NCBI RefSeq assembly: GCF_000143415.4
Contig: NW_003314351.1
Coordinates: 1 to 27,700 of the forward strand
Length of the DNA: 27,700 nucleotides
Reading direction: 5' to 3'
Source of the DNA: Selaginella moellendorffii
Lineage: Eukaryota; Plantae; Lycopodiophyta
Part shown: piece after piece, positions 1-10,299 of the stretch
Layout of the letters: each line of letters starts with the position of its first letter
Numbering within the stretch: the stretch's first letter is position 1
Notes under the pieces: generated by a model
Databases searched by the model: none
Told to the model about the DNA's origin: nothing
The model's input: the letters and a program-made list of their open reading frames with translations, nothing else
Position numbers and translations under genes: made by a program

Positions 1-1326
1 AGACGACCACGACAAATCCAAAATATCTTCTGTGTGGCCATGGAGACTGCACAGCGGCTCACCGTCGAGGCCGAAAGCTTTCAAGCCAGCTTTATCGTCG
101 CTCGTCTTTGACGAGCCTCGCTTTTTCTGATGTGGTGGTTTCCTAACCTCGTGAGTCCCCCCATCCGCTGCGCTAGCGGCGACTTGATTGCTCGATAAAA
201 CAATCTTCCACACCCGGACAACGCAGTCCTGCCCGCCACTTGCGAGGTACCGTCCGCCGGTACTGAACTTAAGAGCCCAAATCGGACCTTGGTGAGCATG
301 AATCTCCTGTCCCATGTACAATTCCGCCAACTCTCTTACAGCTTTCTTGCACACGCGCACCTTAATTCTCTGCATTTTCCATGGTCTTCTCGCATCAGAC
401 CTTGGCTGAGCAGTAGACACGTCGTCTTTCTCTGCTGCAGCACTGGGAGTGCTTGACCGCCTCATGAAACCGCTAAACCATCTCTTCTTCTTGGGCTTCC
501 CATTCAGCGGCAAATACGAAGAAGACGATGAAGAAGACGAAGAAGTCCCTGGTTTTTTCCTGTTCTCCCTGTCGACCCTCCTCATTTCCTGTACAATTGG
601 AGAGAGTCCCAGAGAACTGTCAAACTCCTCTCGCGACAGCTCCCTCCCCGTCCCAACCTCTCTAACTCTGTTCCACGACCCATCCGATCCGAGCTCCTCG
701 ACTATAAACTCCTTGCCGCTGTCCAGATCCTTTATCCTATACACGAACTCCCTGCCACTGCTGTTGGTAGAGCTTTGACCATCTACATTGGCGTCGGTAG
801 ACCTTCCATCCGCGAGAATTGGGCTGCCGGGGCTGACCAAATCCCCATTTCTGGCATCTTCGTCCCTGGAGCTCTCGTAGCCGTCGCTAGAGCGAAGACG
901 ATCCAGATCCACGGACTCTCCCCTCAAATGCTCTCCTCCCGAGAGGGGATCCGAGATGCTGCGGAAGACCCGAGGCGTGGAGGCCGTCGACGGAGGGAAG
1001 GAATGGCTGGAGGTGAGGAAAGAGGGCTCCCTGCTGCCAAAGAAATCCTCCAGCCCCATTCTCTGGAGCAATCTCACCCTACGCTCCCCGACGCTGGCCG
1101 GATCGCTCCTCCACACCGCATATTTCGAGTCGCCGGAAGGGAATGCGGCGAAATCCTGGCGCTTGCCGCGCTGCCGCAGCTTGAATCTAGCAAGACGCTC
1201 ACCATCGCTGCTGCCACCGCTATCGGAGCCGGAGGTGGTCGCGATTTCTTCGAGAGTCTCGAAGAATTCCTCCTCCTGCCCCTCGCCGTCGGAGCTCGCG
1301 GCGTCCGGAGCTTCTCCCTCCGCCAT
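1..1326 (-). CDS. WD40-repeat protein, WDR44-like plant family; 5' part only, continues past the left edge
   Basis: Manual translation from ATG at 1326 (in-frame TAG upstream at 1372-1374) is open to position 1, 442 codons: MAEGEAPDAASSDGEGQEEEFFETLEE...YAVWRSDPASVGERRVRLLQRMGL...YRIKDLDSGKEFIVEELGSDGSWNRVREVGTGRELSREEFDSSLGLSPIVQEM...IKVRVCKKAVRELAELYMGQEIHAHQGPIWALKFSTGGRYLASGGQDCVVRVWK...LHGHTEDILDLSWSS. These are typical plant WDR44-like motifs. It is absent from the ORF track because there is no stop in the window. Confidence 0.9.
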   Translation of the reverse strand, partial: MAEGEAPDAASSDGEGQEEEFFETLEEIATTSGSDSGGSSDGERLARFKLRQRGKRQDFAAFPSGDSKYAVWRSDPASVGERRVRLLQRMGLEDFFGSREPSFLTSSHSFPPSTASTPRVFRSISDPLSGGEHLRGESVDLDRLRSSDGYESSRDEDARNGDLVSPGSPILADGRSTDANVDGQSSTNSSGREFVYRIKDLDSGKEFIVEELGSDGSWNRVREVGTGRELSREEFDSSLGLSPIVQEMRRVDRENRKKPGTSSSSSSSSSYLPLNGKPKKKRWFSGFMRRSSTPSAAAEKDDVSTAQPRSDARRPWKMQRIKVRVCKKAVRELAELYMGQEIHAHQGPIWALKFSTGGRYLASGGQDCVVRVWKIVLSSNQVAASAADGGTHEVRKPPHQKKRGSSKTSDDKAGLKAFGLDGEPLCSLHGHTEDILDLSWSS

Positions 1327-1854
1327 AGCTGCTGCATCTACCGGCGCGCCATCGCCATCGTCTTCTCCGTCCTAGAAACCTAACCTAACCACGGTAGTTT
1401 AGGCGTTAACTACGGTCCAGGGGCCTTGACGTGGCGCCAAACAACCGCACGTCACCGACAAGGCCGAGCTGTGATTTGCTTAAAAGAAAGCGATTTATCT
1501 CTAGTCTTTAATCCTCTCTCTCTCTCTCTCTCTCTCTATTTAGCGATCGATTCCATTGTTCTCTTAGGAATTCCTGGCGGCATTCACCAGCTCTAGAGTG
1601 GAAAGCGATGGAATTTGCTTGGAGCTTTTCAACGATCCATGGCCCAGCGCATTCAAATCAAAGCGCTCAGATGGTTTGGATTGTCTCTAGCAGCAAAATT
1701 TCGCTGGAAATAGGCCAAATTGACCAAGCACCTGGTGGAATCCGGCAATGGAAGCGACTGGCTCGCCGTGCCGATCTTTCACCTTTTTGCCCCAAATTTA
1801 AAATCCAAAATGCGCGCGAAACTTTTTCTAGGGTTAGGGTTTATCGCCGCGCAG
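1327..1854. promoter_or_regulatory. Divergent (bidirectional) promoter between the WD40 gene and METTL5
   Basis: 528 bp between the two ATGs. Contains inverted bZIP-type ACGT elements (TGACGTG 1427-1433, CACGTCA 1448-1454), a (CT)12 tract, an E2F-like GCGCGAAA (1814-1821) and a telo-box TAGGGTTT (1835-1842). Confidence 0.55.
1514..1537. repeat. (CT)12 microsatellite / GAGA element
   Basis: Direct reading of the sequence. Confidence 0.9.
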
Positions 1855-2980
1855 ATGAAGCTCAAGCAGCTGGAGAGCGAGCTCGGCCATCTCGTCCAGT
1901 TCCAGTCTCCAAAGGTATGGCGCTCTTGCGGCGCTCAATGCGCTCACTCGAATCTGGATTCTGGTCGCGCAGATCGAACTGGAGCAATACCCGACTGGCG
2001 CGCACATCGCTTCTCGGATGATGTACATGGTCTCTCAAATCCTTTTTTCCTCCGTGAGCGTGACGAATTCCTTCTTTTGCCAGGCTGAATCCAACTTTGG
2101 AGATATTTGTGGGAAATCCATCGCTGATCTTGGCTGTGGCTGTGGAACGCTCGGTGTGGCTGCGTCTTTGCTCGACGCCAGGTACGCATTTATTTTCTGC
2201 AAGATTCGTTTCTTTCCTGAACGTTTTCTTTTCTTCTTTCTGTAGTTACGTGATTGGTTTCGATCAAGATCTCGCGGCTTTAGACACTGCCCAAGAAAAC
2301 TGCCGGGACCTTGAGGTATGTAAGCTTGTAACTTCGTAACTTCACAACTAGTTCTTGGTCTTCTTTCTTTTTTCTTGTTATTCTTCTGCACCTTTTCTTT
2401 TTTTAATTTTGTAAGTAACTTGTGGCTCTTTTTTCTTCGATCAGATCGACATGGATTTCGTGCAGTGTGATGTCAAGAGTCTTGGTTTGACGCGTAAGTG
2501 CTTACCGACGTCATATAGATGTTACACCTCTCATTACAGGAATCAGTGTCGACACAGTCGTAATGAATCCTCCGTTTGGCACTAGAAGGAAGGGAGCTGA
2601 CATGGAGTTCTTGTCTGTAGCTCTGAAGGTACTGTGAGCTCCTTTTTTCCTCGATTGTGATGCTATATGTTGTTTCAGATCGCACGGACTGCCATCTACT
2701 CTTTACACAAAAGCTCTACAAGACAGGTTCTTCAAACCCAAGTTTTGACGAATACTGAAATGACTTTCCTGGTGGCAGCATGTGAAACGAGCAGCTCTGC
2801 AGGACCTCGGGGCTAAAACCGCAGAAGTCTTGTTCGAGGTAGAGTTTTTTCAGTGCATTCACCTAGTTCTGATGACTTGATCTTTTGTTGCAGTTGAGAT
2901 TTGACTTGAAATCTTTGTACAAATTCCACAAGAAACAAGAGCTGGACATCGCTGTAGATTTGTGGCGATTTACCGTTTAG
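1855..2980 (+). CDS. METTL5: rRNA N6-adenosine methyltransferase METTL5, 9 exons, 205 aa
   Basis: Exons 1855-1914, 1973-2029, 2084-2181, 2246-2315, 2445-2493, 2540-2628, 2679-2726, 2779-2838, 2894-2980; all introns GT-AG; total 618 nt. Protein: MKLKQLESELGHLVQFQSPKIELEQYPTGAHIASRM...IADLGCGCGTLG (SAM motif I)...VDTVVMNPPFGTRRKGADMEFL (motif IV NPPF)...IYSLHKSSTRQHVKR...LRFDLKSLYKFHKKQELDIAVDLWRFTV*. Confidence 0.95.
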
Positions 2981-3116
2981 CGCACAAATCCTGCGAAGAA
3001 TTTACAAGGTAAAGCATTGTTCCTGGTCGCAAAAAAGACTGACTAGATTACTCTCGCAGGACATCGCAGATATATAATTTTTTTTCTGTGCTTACTGTAG
3101 CGTCAGAGGTAGGGTT

Positions 3117-3721
3117 ATGGGGAAAGCGTTGATGATCGCGGTGGATGACTCTGAATCGAGTGCCTATGCTGTCAAGTTCACCCTGGAGAACTTGGCTTCA
3201 AGCGACGATGCGATCACTCTAGTTCATGTTCGCTCGGAGGTAGATGGTAAGGAGTTTCTTTTGTTCTTTTGTTCTTGTGATATGATCTTTGTTGTCTTCT
3301 ATTCTAGTTGAGGGGTTTTATGGAACACCGGATTGGGTTGCCGAAATGGATCACAAGTTTGAAGAGCGAGCTCGTGGTATTCTGTCCCGCATGAAGGAAA
3401 TTGTGGATGGGCATAAGGTACTTTGTGATAAACTTTTGACTAGCTCATGATTTCTTTTTCTACAAAACAGATACCTTGCATGATTGTATCCAAGAAAGGG
3501 GATGCCCGAGAAAAGCTGCTAGAAGCTGTCAACGAGTTCCCTCCAACAATGTTAATACTGGGAAGCCGAGGCCTTGGAATGGTGAAAAGGTTTGCCAAAA
3601 AGCTCTAGTTTGCATTCCTCAAACCGTGGATTTGGACAGGACGTTCCTGGGAAGCGTGAGTGACTATGCTGCACAGCACGCTGAATGCCCTGTGCTTATT
3701 GTCAAGCTTCCACACCCGTAA
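3117..3721 (+). CDS. Universal stress protein (USP/UspA-like), 4 exons, 146 aa
   Basis: Exons 3117-3246, 3308-3417, 3471-3589, 3640-3721, total 441 nt. Protein: MGKALMIAVDDSESSAYAVKFTLENL...ITLVHV...KGDAREKLLEAVNEFPPTMLILGSRGLGMVKRTFLGSVSDYAAQHAECPVLIVK, containing the USP ATP-binding G-2x-G-9x-G(S/T) motif. Confidence 0.93.
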
Positions 3722-3974
3722 GATTTAATGTGTTTCAAGTGCCTTTTTTCTCTTCTTCGTTTGAGGGACCTATAAGCGGTGCGTTCTTCAGTTCGCACTT
3801 TCTTAAGTTTACCCTCAGAAAGCAAATCGATTCGCTTGTTCAGGACCAAAATTCTGTGTTTATGGATCCTCAAAGCGACACTTGGACAGTTTTCTAGAGC
3901 TTTTTTCAAACAATAGTTTCTTGATAATCGGTGCTAATCGTTGGCACAAGTTTAGGCTTATTCCTTCTTTTGCT

Positions 3975-4029
3975 TAAGTTGTAGTATAGTGTGACGCGGA
4001 CAACTGGGGTTCGATCCCCTGCAACTGCG
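3975..4029 (+). pseudogene. tRNA-Asp-derived pseudogene with internal deletion
   Basis: GTTGTAGTATAGTG (A-box part) is joined directly to TGACGCGGACAACTGGGGTTCGATCCCCTGCAACTGCG (B-box GGTTCGATCC). This matches the 5' and 3' ends of plant tRNA-Asp(GTC) as recalled; the D-arm 3' side and anticodon 5' strand are missing. Confidence 0.75.
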
Positions 4030-4131
4030 CTTGTCAGGAAAGTGTGAATTAAAGAAGACGATCGGGAACATTGTAGCTCAAAGTGCTTAATTCGTTCAAT
4101 TGCTCATTGGATTGCAATACTTTGATATTTC

Positions 4132-4525
4132 TTAATTGGAAACATTTGCTACTCTCGCATATCTTTTGTTCATTAACACCACAACAGCAATAGAGTCCAT
4201 AACGGAGACCATCCTATTTCCCTAGACGTCTACACAAAGTATGCAACCTGGCTCGCATAAGAAACCATAGGATATCCACGAACTTCACATATATTGCTGT
4301 GATCACCCCTGGGAGCCTGCAAACCTGTGATTTGGAAAAGAAAACAAGGTGCTTCTATGAACCACCGCATTATGGCTGATCTTCCTTCATAAGAATGTGC
4401 TGTTGCAGGCAAAATGATAAACCACATTTGAGACATATATGCTTGCTAATGTACTCCAATAAAAATACTAACCAGCATACAGTGTAAGAGAGTAATAATA
4501 ACTCTAATAATAATTGGTAAAACAC
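4132..4525 (-). pseudogene. OCT-like family copy A (heavily deleted exon-2 remnant)
   Basis: Collinear with 26817-27307 (ACACCACAACAGCAATAGAGTCCAT, AAGAATGTGCTGTTGCAG, CTCCAATAAAAATACTAACCAGCAT). Peptide AHSYEGRSAIMRWFIEAP versus AHSCAGTSAIMRWFIETP; many frameshifting deletions. Confidence 0.85.
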
Positions 4526-4570
4526 ATTAGCATAATGAAACAATCTAAGTTGATATTCCAAGGTATAAAT

Positions 4571-4588
4571 CTCTCTCTCTCTCTCTCT
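4571..4588. repeat. (CT)9 microsatellite
   Basis: Direct reading of the sequence. Confidence 0.85.
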
Positions 4589-4722
4589 TGTATGACTGGC
4601 AAAGTCGTAATGTCACTGCAGAAGTCTATGCTGCTACATATTAAAAAGCCACACTCTCTAAATACTCGCATTATCTGTGGCGGCACATGAATTCTAGTTT
4701 CAATCACTTTAATATTACACAC

Positions 4723-5487
4723 TTAATTGGAAACATTAGCTACTGTTTCTTTTGTTCATCAAAACTCGTCCTAACATTTCCCCCACTAACACCACAATAA
4801 CAATAGAGTCCATGACACACACCATCCTATTTCCCCACCTCCAGTCTGGATATAAATGTCTACGCACAAAAGTGATAGGTATGCAACCTGGCACACAAAG
4901 AGAACCTATAGGATATGTACCAATTACTTCAGATATAACGTAGTCATCTTCCCTCTGACAGTCAGCAAATCCATGATTTGGAAAAAGCCATCTTTTCCAA
5001 CTAATAAAATAGGGTGTCTTCATGAACCATCTCATTACAGCTGATGTTCCTGCACAAGAATGTGCTATTGCAGACAAAACTTGCCAAATGATAAACCAGG
5101 AGCGATTCGAGACATATGTGCTGGCTAATGCACTAGCTGCTCCAATAAAAATACTAACCAGCATAAAGCACCTGTAGTGAAAGAGAGTAATGATTCCAAT
5201 AATAACTGTAAAGTCAGTTTAGCAATAATATTTTATACAACTGTTCTAATATTACCTCCAATAATATAGCCTATATACATGATGAGTGAAGCAAACAAGC
5301 TGCCACTTAGGCCACGTAATATGACATAAAACCCAGTGCATTGCAGTCTCTTTAACAATAAAGAACACCCCACTTTGGAGGATAAAATGTGATATAGATG
5401 GTGAAGACATAGAAACTAATTGCCCAGGTCATAATAATTGAAACAGGTAAGAAGAACCACCACAATGGAACAACTAGTAATCTCCAT
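4723..5487 (-). pseudogene. OCT-like family copy B (exon 2 open, exon 1 frameshifted and deleted)
   Basis: ATG at 5487, intron 5206-5255. The exon-2 ORF closely matches the 26817-27266 ORF. Exon 1 has a frameshift right after MEITS and several short deletions relative to 27352-27667. Confidence 0.85.
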
Positions 5488-5579
5488 ACCCAACCTGTCA
5501 AGCCCTAATAGGTAATCCTATAAATAACAAGAAAAGGATGTGGATGACGAATATACTAAATTTCACAAAATAATTTGCA

Positions 5580-6248
5580 AGGCTAAGGTTTGCATGAGGG
5601 GACTTCAATGCAAGTCATGCAGATTGGGTGGAGAATGATGTACTCTTGTTTTGAAAATCCTTTTTTTACCATAAAGTGTGTTCTTAATCTATGGAAAATC
5701 ATTGCCATTGGGATCCATTTTTTATCTTCTTGGTTGCTTTCTTTTCTTTACCGTGATTTTTCTGTATCTTCTTCTAATAGCTATGTGATTGGATTCCTGC
5801 AAGCCCTTGCAACATTGCTTGAGATGTGTAAGCTTTTTAAGTTTAAGTAGTTCTTGGCTTCCAACCTTCAACTTTTTATTTTAGTTTTTTGCATGCCAAT
5901 TTCTTTGATCAGTTCGACATGGGTGTTGATGTCTGATGGGTAATATATTACACTTTGTCAATATAAAAACTAGTGTTGACATAGTAGAACTTTTGGCACC
6001 GATTTCCTATTTGAAACTCTATTTTGAGGTATTTCCTGATTGTTATGCTATATATTGTTTCAGGTTACACACCCACAAAACAGTTTTGATGATATCAAAA
6101 TGGCTTTCCTGGTGGCAACATGTAAAACAAGCAACTGCAGAATTCTTGTATAAGGTAGAGCATTTCAGCGCGTTCTGACAACTTAACTTGTTTTGGCAGT
6201 TGAGATTTGACTTGAAATCTTTCTAAAGTCAAGAGCTGGATAGATTTG
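5580..6248 (+). pseudogene. Unprocessed METTL5 pseudogene (duplicate of ~1830-2965)
   Basis: Collinear remnants of METTL5 exons and introns, e.g. GATGTAC...AAATCCTTTTTT; TAGCTATGTGATTGGATTC; GATCAGTTCGACATGG; AGTGTTGACATAGT; GATTGTTATGCTATATATTGTTTCAG; CTTTCCTGGTGGCAACATGTAAAACAAGCA; GCAGTTGAGATTTGACTTGAAATCTTT; AAGAGCTGGA. About 1.1 kb has shrunk to about 0.67 kb, and motif I and NPPF are destroyed. Confidence 0.9.
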
Positions 6249-6379
6249 AGACCAGGAACAATCGTCGATGGGGATTTAGCAATGAAAAGAAATCACGATC
6301 ATCAAGTCAAAAGACTTCATTGATTAAGTACTTTATCTTCATCCACAATACTAACTTGCTCTTCAAACTTTTGCGAAAA

Positions 6380-7160
6380 GAAATATCAATTAGCAGAGAA
6401 GAAAGATTAGGAGCTGCTTACCATCCATCTACCTCTAAGTTCTCCAGGGGGCATATCTATTGGGTAAAAACAATTTTCCTTAGGATGCATTTAGCGAACT
6501 TTATAAGAGTTTTTAGCTTACTTGTGGGATGGTCCATCAAAATGTTGAGTTCCTGCAAGTTCTGTGAGACGATTTCCTGTTTAACGTTGAAAGCTGATTT
6601 TGCTAATTCCCTAGATTCCTTTTTTTTCTAACAGGCTGAGTGCTATTCGCTTTGAATCGAAAGTTACACTCGGACAGTCTCATGGATTCACCTCGAGTTT
6701 ATTATGTTCCATGAGGCACTTGTCAGTACGAGGTAAAAGAAGTCAATGGTGCTGGAATCAATGTGAGCGAGCCAGGTATTGCTTTGTACTTCCTCAAAGA
6801 GTAAAGGCATAAACGTTTTGGCTTCTTTCTGCAGTCACTCATACAACACGGATTTCCTGAAGCGGCTAGTCTCCAAGACGTTTTCTTTTCTGTACGTAGA
6901 GATTGTGGATGCTTTGTTAGAGGTGCTTATTTAAGTGCAAGCCATCTTTTGCAGGTCACTGGTTGACGCTACCAGGAAATGCTAGAGGATGGATGCATCC
7001 TCAAGTCACCATTTGATGGATGTTAGTGTAGGTAAAAGAATTATTGCTAGAAACTCTTATAACTTTCTTGTGTCTTTTTGAATTTCCAGACACTGGACAT
7101 CCGCATTTGCTGGATACGATTGCTTTGAGAATTACTTGCGAGTGGAGACATGTTAGTTGT
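6380..7160 (+). pseudogene. Unidentified multi-exon gene relic
   Basis: Regularly spaced pyrimidine-tract-AG acceptors and GT donors around ~50-150 nt exon-like blocks (e.g. SLIQHGFPEAASLQDVFFS / VTG*RYQEMLEDG). In-frame stops are present and the family is not recognised. Confidence 0.35.
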
Positions 7161-8159
7161 TCTCTTATTCTTGTTTGTCTTGCTAGCTCTCAGCTCAGAC
7201 TTGCCTAAGAGCATTGGCATACATGGAGTCAGAAAAACATCAAAGACTTGACAAGCCTCATGGACGAGCCTTTGATGCCAAGACTGTAGGACGAAATGCT
7301 TGATGCAGTTGGATATCTATTAGTGCAGAAAGCTCCATTCTACTTTGGAATTGCTCGCAGCCATGGCATTGAAGACACCTCGTCTCAATCACTTGCATAG
7401 ACAAACAACTAGAGACAAAAAGATGTTTGTTTGCATTTAGCAAGAAAACACATACAAGAAGAGCTGCTTTCTATCTTCTGCTTCTTGCAAATGAAGGAGA
7501 GGATGAAGAAAGATACATTTGCAAACGCAGTAGTAACGGCTCCTGTGACATGGGCATAGTCTGTCTCCCAATGGGAGAAAACTCCTCAAAACAAAGTTGA
7601 AACAAGAGAAAACAGTGAGGGAAAATTAAGGGAAAGGTATTAATAAAGGATATTACTACCTCATTTGCTATCTCATACTATAGGCTAAGAAGGGTGTACT
7701 CCCCTAGCAGTTCAAATGCTTCTTAGAGAGCTTTTCCCATGACATGAGAACTTAATAACTGGGGGGATTACATATGTCAAAAGCAAATTAAGAGATACAA
7801 GATATAGAATGAGTATTAACTGATAAAAGTTACATTTGTGCGAGTGAGTTTCACCAAGGTGATTCCCCTGAGTGTGTTTTGATGTGAAGTCACATATGGA
7901 GCTCTAGTAAAGTTCCTACCACATTAAATTCATAGTTTTGACATAACTCTATTTTTTTTACAGCATATTGTAAACTAGAGCCATGGGGCATCTATTTACA
8001 TAAAATCATAGACGCCAATAAATGTTTGAAGAGTGTCTATACACTTCTTGTTTAATGCCTTGGATATATGATATAAAAATATTCTTTGTATGCTATACTA
8101 TATTTAAACTTCATATTTTATTATTATATTTGTTAAAAGTATTGTCATATAAACTCTTA

Positions 8160-8410
8160 TTTGTCAAAACAATCTAGAAGTCATAGGGAGCCAAGAGGAA
8201 ATCCCGATGGAGGCTCTAGGTCAAACTTCTTCTCTTCCTCACTTTCCTTATCTTGGAACTTTTCCATTCCCTCATTGATCGTCTTTGATTTTAGTAGTCA
8301 GTGATGATGGCACCCACAAAGGATGTGAAGCCTCCTAAACCTCATCTTCTCCTTGTTGTTCCTTGTCTTCCCTGCTATTCTCATCTTCTTTAACATCTTC
8401 TTTTTCATCT
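8160..8410. repeat. Dispersed partial copy of the ~730-bp repeat unit
   Basis: TTGTCAA..AATCTAGAAGTC...GATGATGGCACCCACAAAGG recurs at ~11355-11600 and ~12093-12290. Confidence 0.85.
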
Positions 8411-8449
8411 CTTGTTTCTTAGTCCTCGTTTGATGGGAACATGAATTTA

Positions 8450-10285
8450 ATTAACCTTGAGGTTCTTTGTTTCAATCTAATGAGAACATTTGCTGTGTCA
8501 CTTGACCATGAAAATTGGTAGATAGAACCAGGAACATTCAGGATTGCTACACCTTTGAGCCTCTTTGTGTCCTCTAGTTCATGTTGAGGATAGTAGGTAG
8601 AGAAGACATCACATGTGTTCAAAGACACTAGAATAAAAGAAAAAATGCAACATTGATACAAACACCAAATAAATGATGTTTACCCCGTTCACAAAAATTG
8701 TCAACTCTTTCCCAACTACCTTATTAGCCGTGCATTTGATACTCAAAGCATTTTCCACTTTGAATTCAATATGTAGTGTGGTCCAAACAGCTTTGATTGA
8801 TACGCCAAACACAATCATGTTTTCTTCCATCTCCGTGTGTTATAAGCTTGTTAACACGATAGAAGAAGAGACAACCATGAGAACTTACACATACCTCTTT
8901 GCATCAATAGTATTGGGAACTTTGCCTCCATCATTTCTCTGCTTACATCCCCAAACTTGCATCCTCCAACATCAATTGTATTGTCCATCATAGAATGGAC
9001 AATCACCTAGATCTCATCGAAAGTCATGAAGTCGATTGGCATATTAATGCTATCCATATGGAGAGTAATTGTCATCTAGAGAGGAAGGTACATCCTTGTT
9101 TTCTTTGGCTTAGAGGGCTACTTTATTTGCCTTGGTCGTTTTCTACTTCGTTCTTCCAAAACGTTTTCCATCATACACAATCATTGTGAGTTGCAAGAGT
9201 TATCTCCTTCCATCTTCATTAAAATGGTATACACTTAGTCCTCCTCCTTGATACCTTATAGGCTAAATAGGATGTCGGAATACTCCCTTCTAAATGACAT
9301 CAATGAAGAGCATAAGGTGTTGTAGTTGCTTTTGTTTATTGCTCTCTACTTTAGTACAATCGAGATCTAAAAAAGGATGAGTGGGGGTTGCATTAAGTCT
9401 ATTAGAAGGAATGATGTGTTGGTAGGCTGTAAATAATGGAGGCTAGGTACTTGCAAGTTGAGATTGTTGCCTAAGAAGAATTTCACATCACACTTTTCCA
9501 AATGTAGGCCAATGGTATGGTCATTGATGTTATAGAAGTGACCACCCTACACAAGTCGATAGTGAACATAGCATTTGAACACTACACCCTACATTGAAGG
9601 GTTCGCTGCCAGTGCTTGAGTGAACTCCATATAGCCATTGATATTTTTTTAAAATGCAGCACATCTGAATTTGGAGCCAAACTTTAAATTTGTTATGCTA
9701 TGAAATAAAAGTCCAATACACTTTTAATACCATAAGCACTAACTCCCTATATCCAACACTTGCATGTAAAATAGTGTCAAATAGTGTTTGGCACAATTTT
9801 GGCACATTGGTGGTTTGACGTAAGGAGGAGGGAGATTGAAAATGCCATCTAATGCAGATTTCCCTACCGACTGGAGCAGCGTGGGCTTAGGCTTAGACCC
9901 AAGCTGGATGCATAACAATAAAAGACACAGTCTAATAGAAGCTAAATTAATATCTTAGGTGGTCAAGCATGCATTCTAACCACTATCCCTATTATACATT
10001 TGGAATTCCCCATATCAAGTGCATAGCAACTGGGAAAGAACTGACAATTTTTGTGAATGAGGTAGGCATTAGTTATCTGGTATTTGTTTCAATATTGCAT
10101 TTTTTTTTTTGTTCCAATGTCTTTGAACACATGTGATATCTTCTTTGCCTACTATCCTCAACATGGAACTAGAGGACAAACAAAGGCTTGGAGTCCTGAA
10201 TGTTCTTGGCACTATTTACCAGTTTTCATGGTCTGGTGATATAGTAGTTGTTCTCATCAAATAGAAACTAAGAACCTTGAATTAG
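8450..10285. repeat. Inverted repeat pair (~8450-8790 and ~9980-10285) derived from a decayed spliced coding sequence
   Basis: The reverse complement of 8460-8740 aligns with 10010-10280 (GGGAAAGA.TGACAATTTTTGTGAA; GTCTTTGAACACATGTGAT; CCTACTATCCTCAACATG.AACTAGAGGAC; CCTGAATGTTC.TGG; TTTTCATGGTC). Confidence 0.85.
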
Positions 10286-10299
10286 ATGAAAGGAAGGGG

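Noticed and set aside
449-1383. Plus-strand ORFs of 109, 202 and 139 aa
   Set aside because: Antisense shadows of the GC-rich WD40 coding sequence on the minus strand.
1828-1842. Interstitial telomere
   Set aside because: Only about two units; position and size fit a promoter telo-box.
1855-2980. DNA N6-adenine methyltransferase or restriction-modification system (NPPF motif)
   Set aside because: The LEQYPT and YSLHK motifs, length and exon structure identify ordinary METTL5; no nuclease partner is present.
3975-4029. Functional tRNA gene
   Set aside because: Only ~55 nt; the D-arm and anticodon arm are incomplete.
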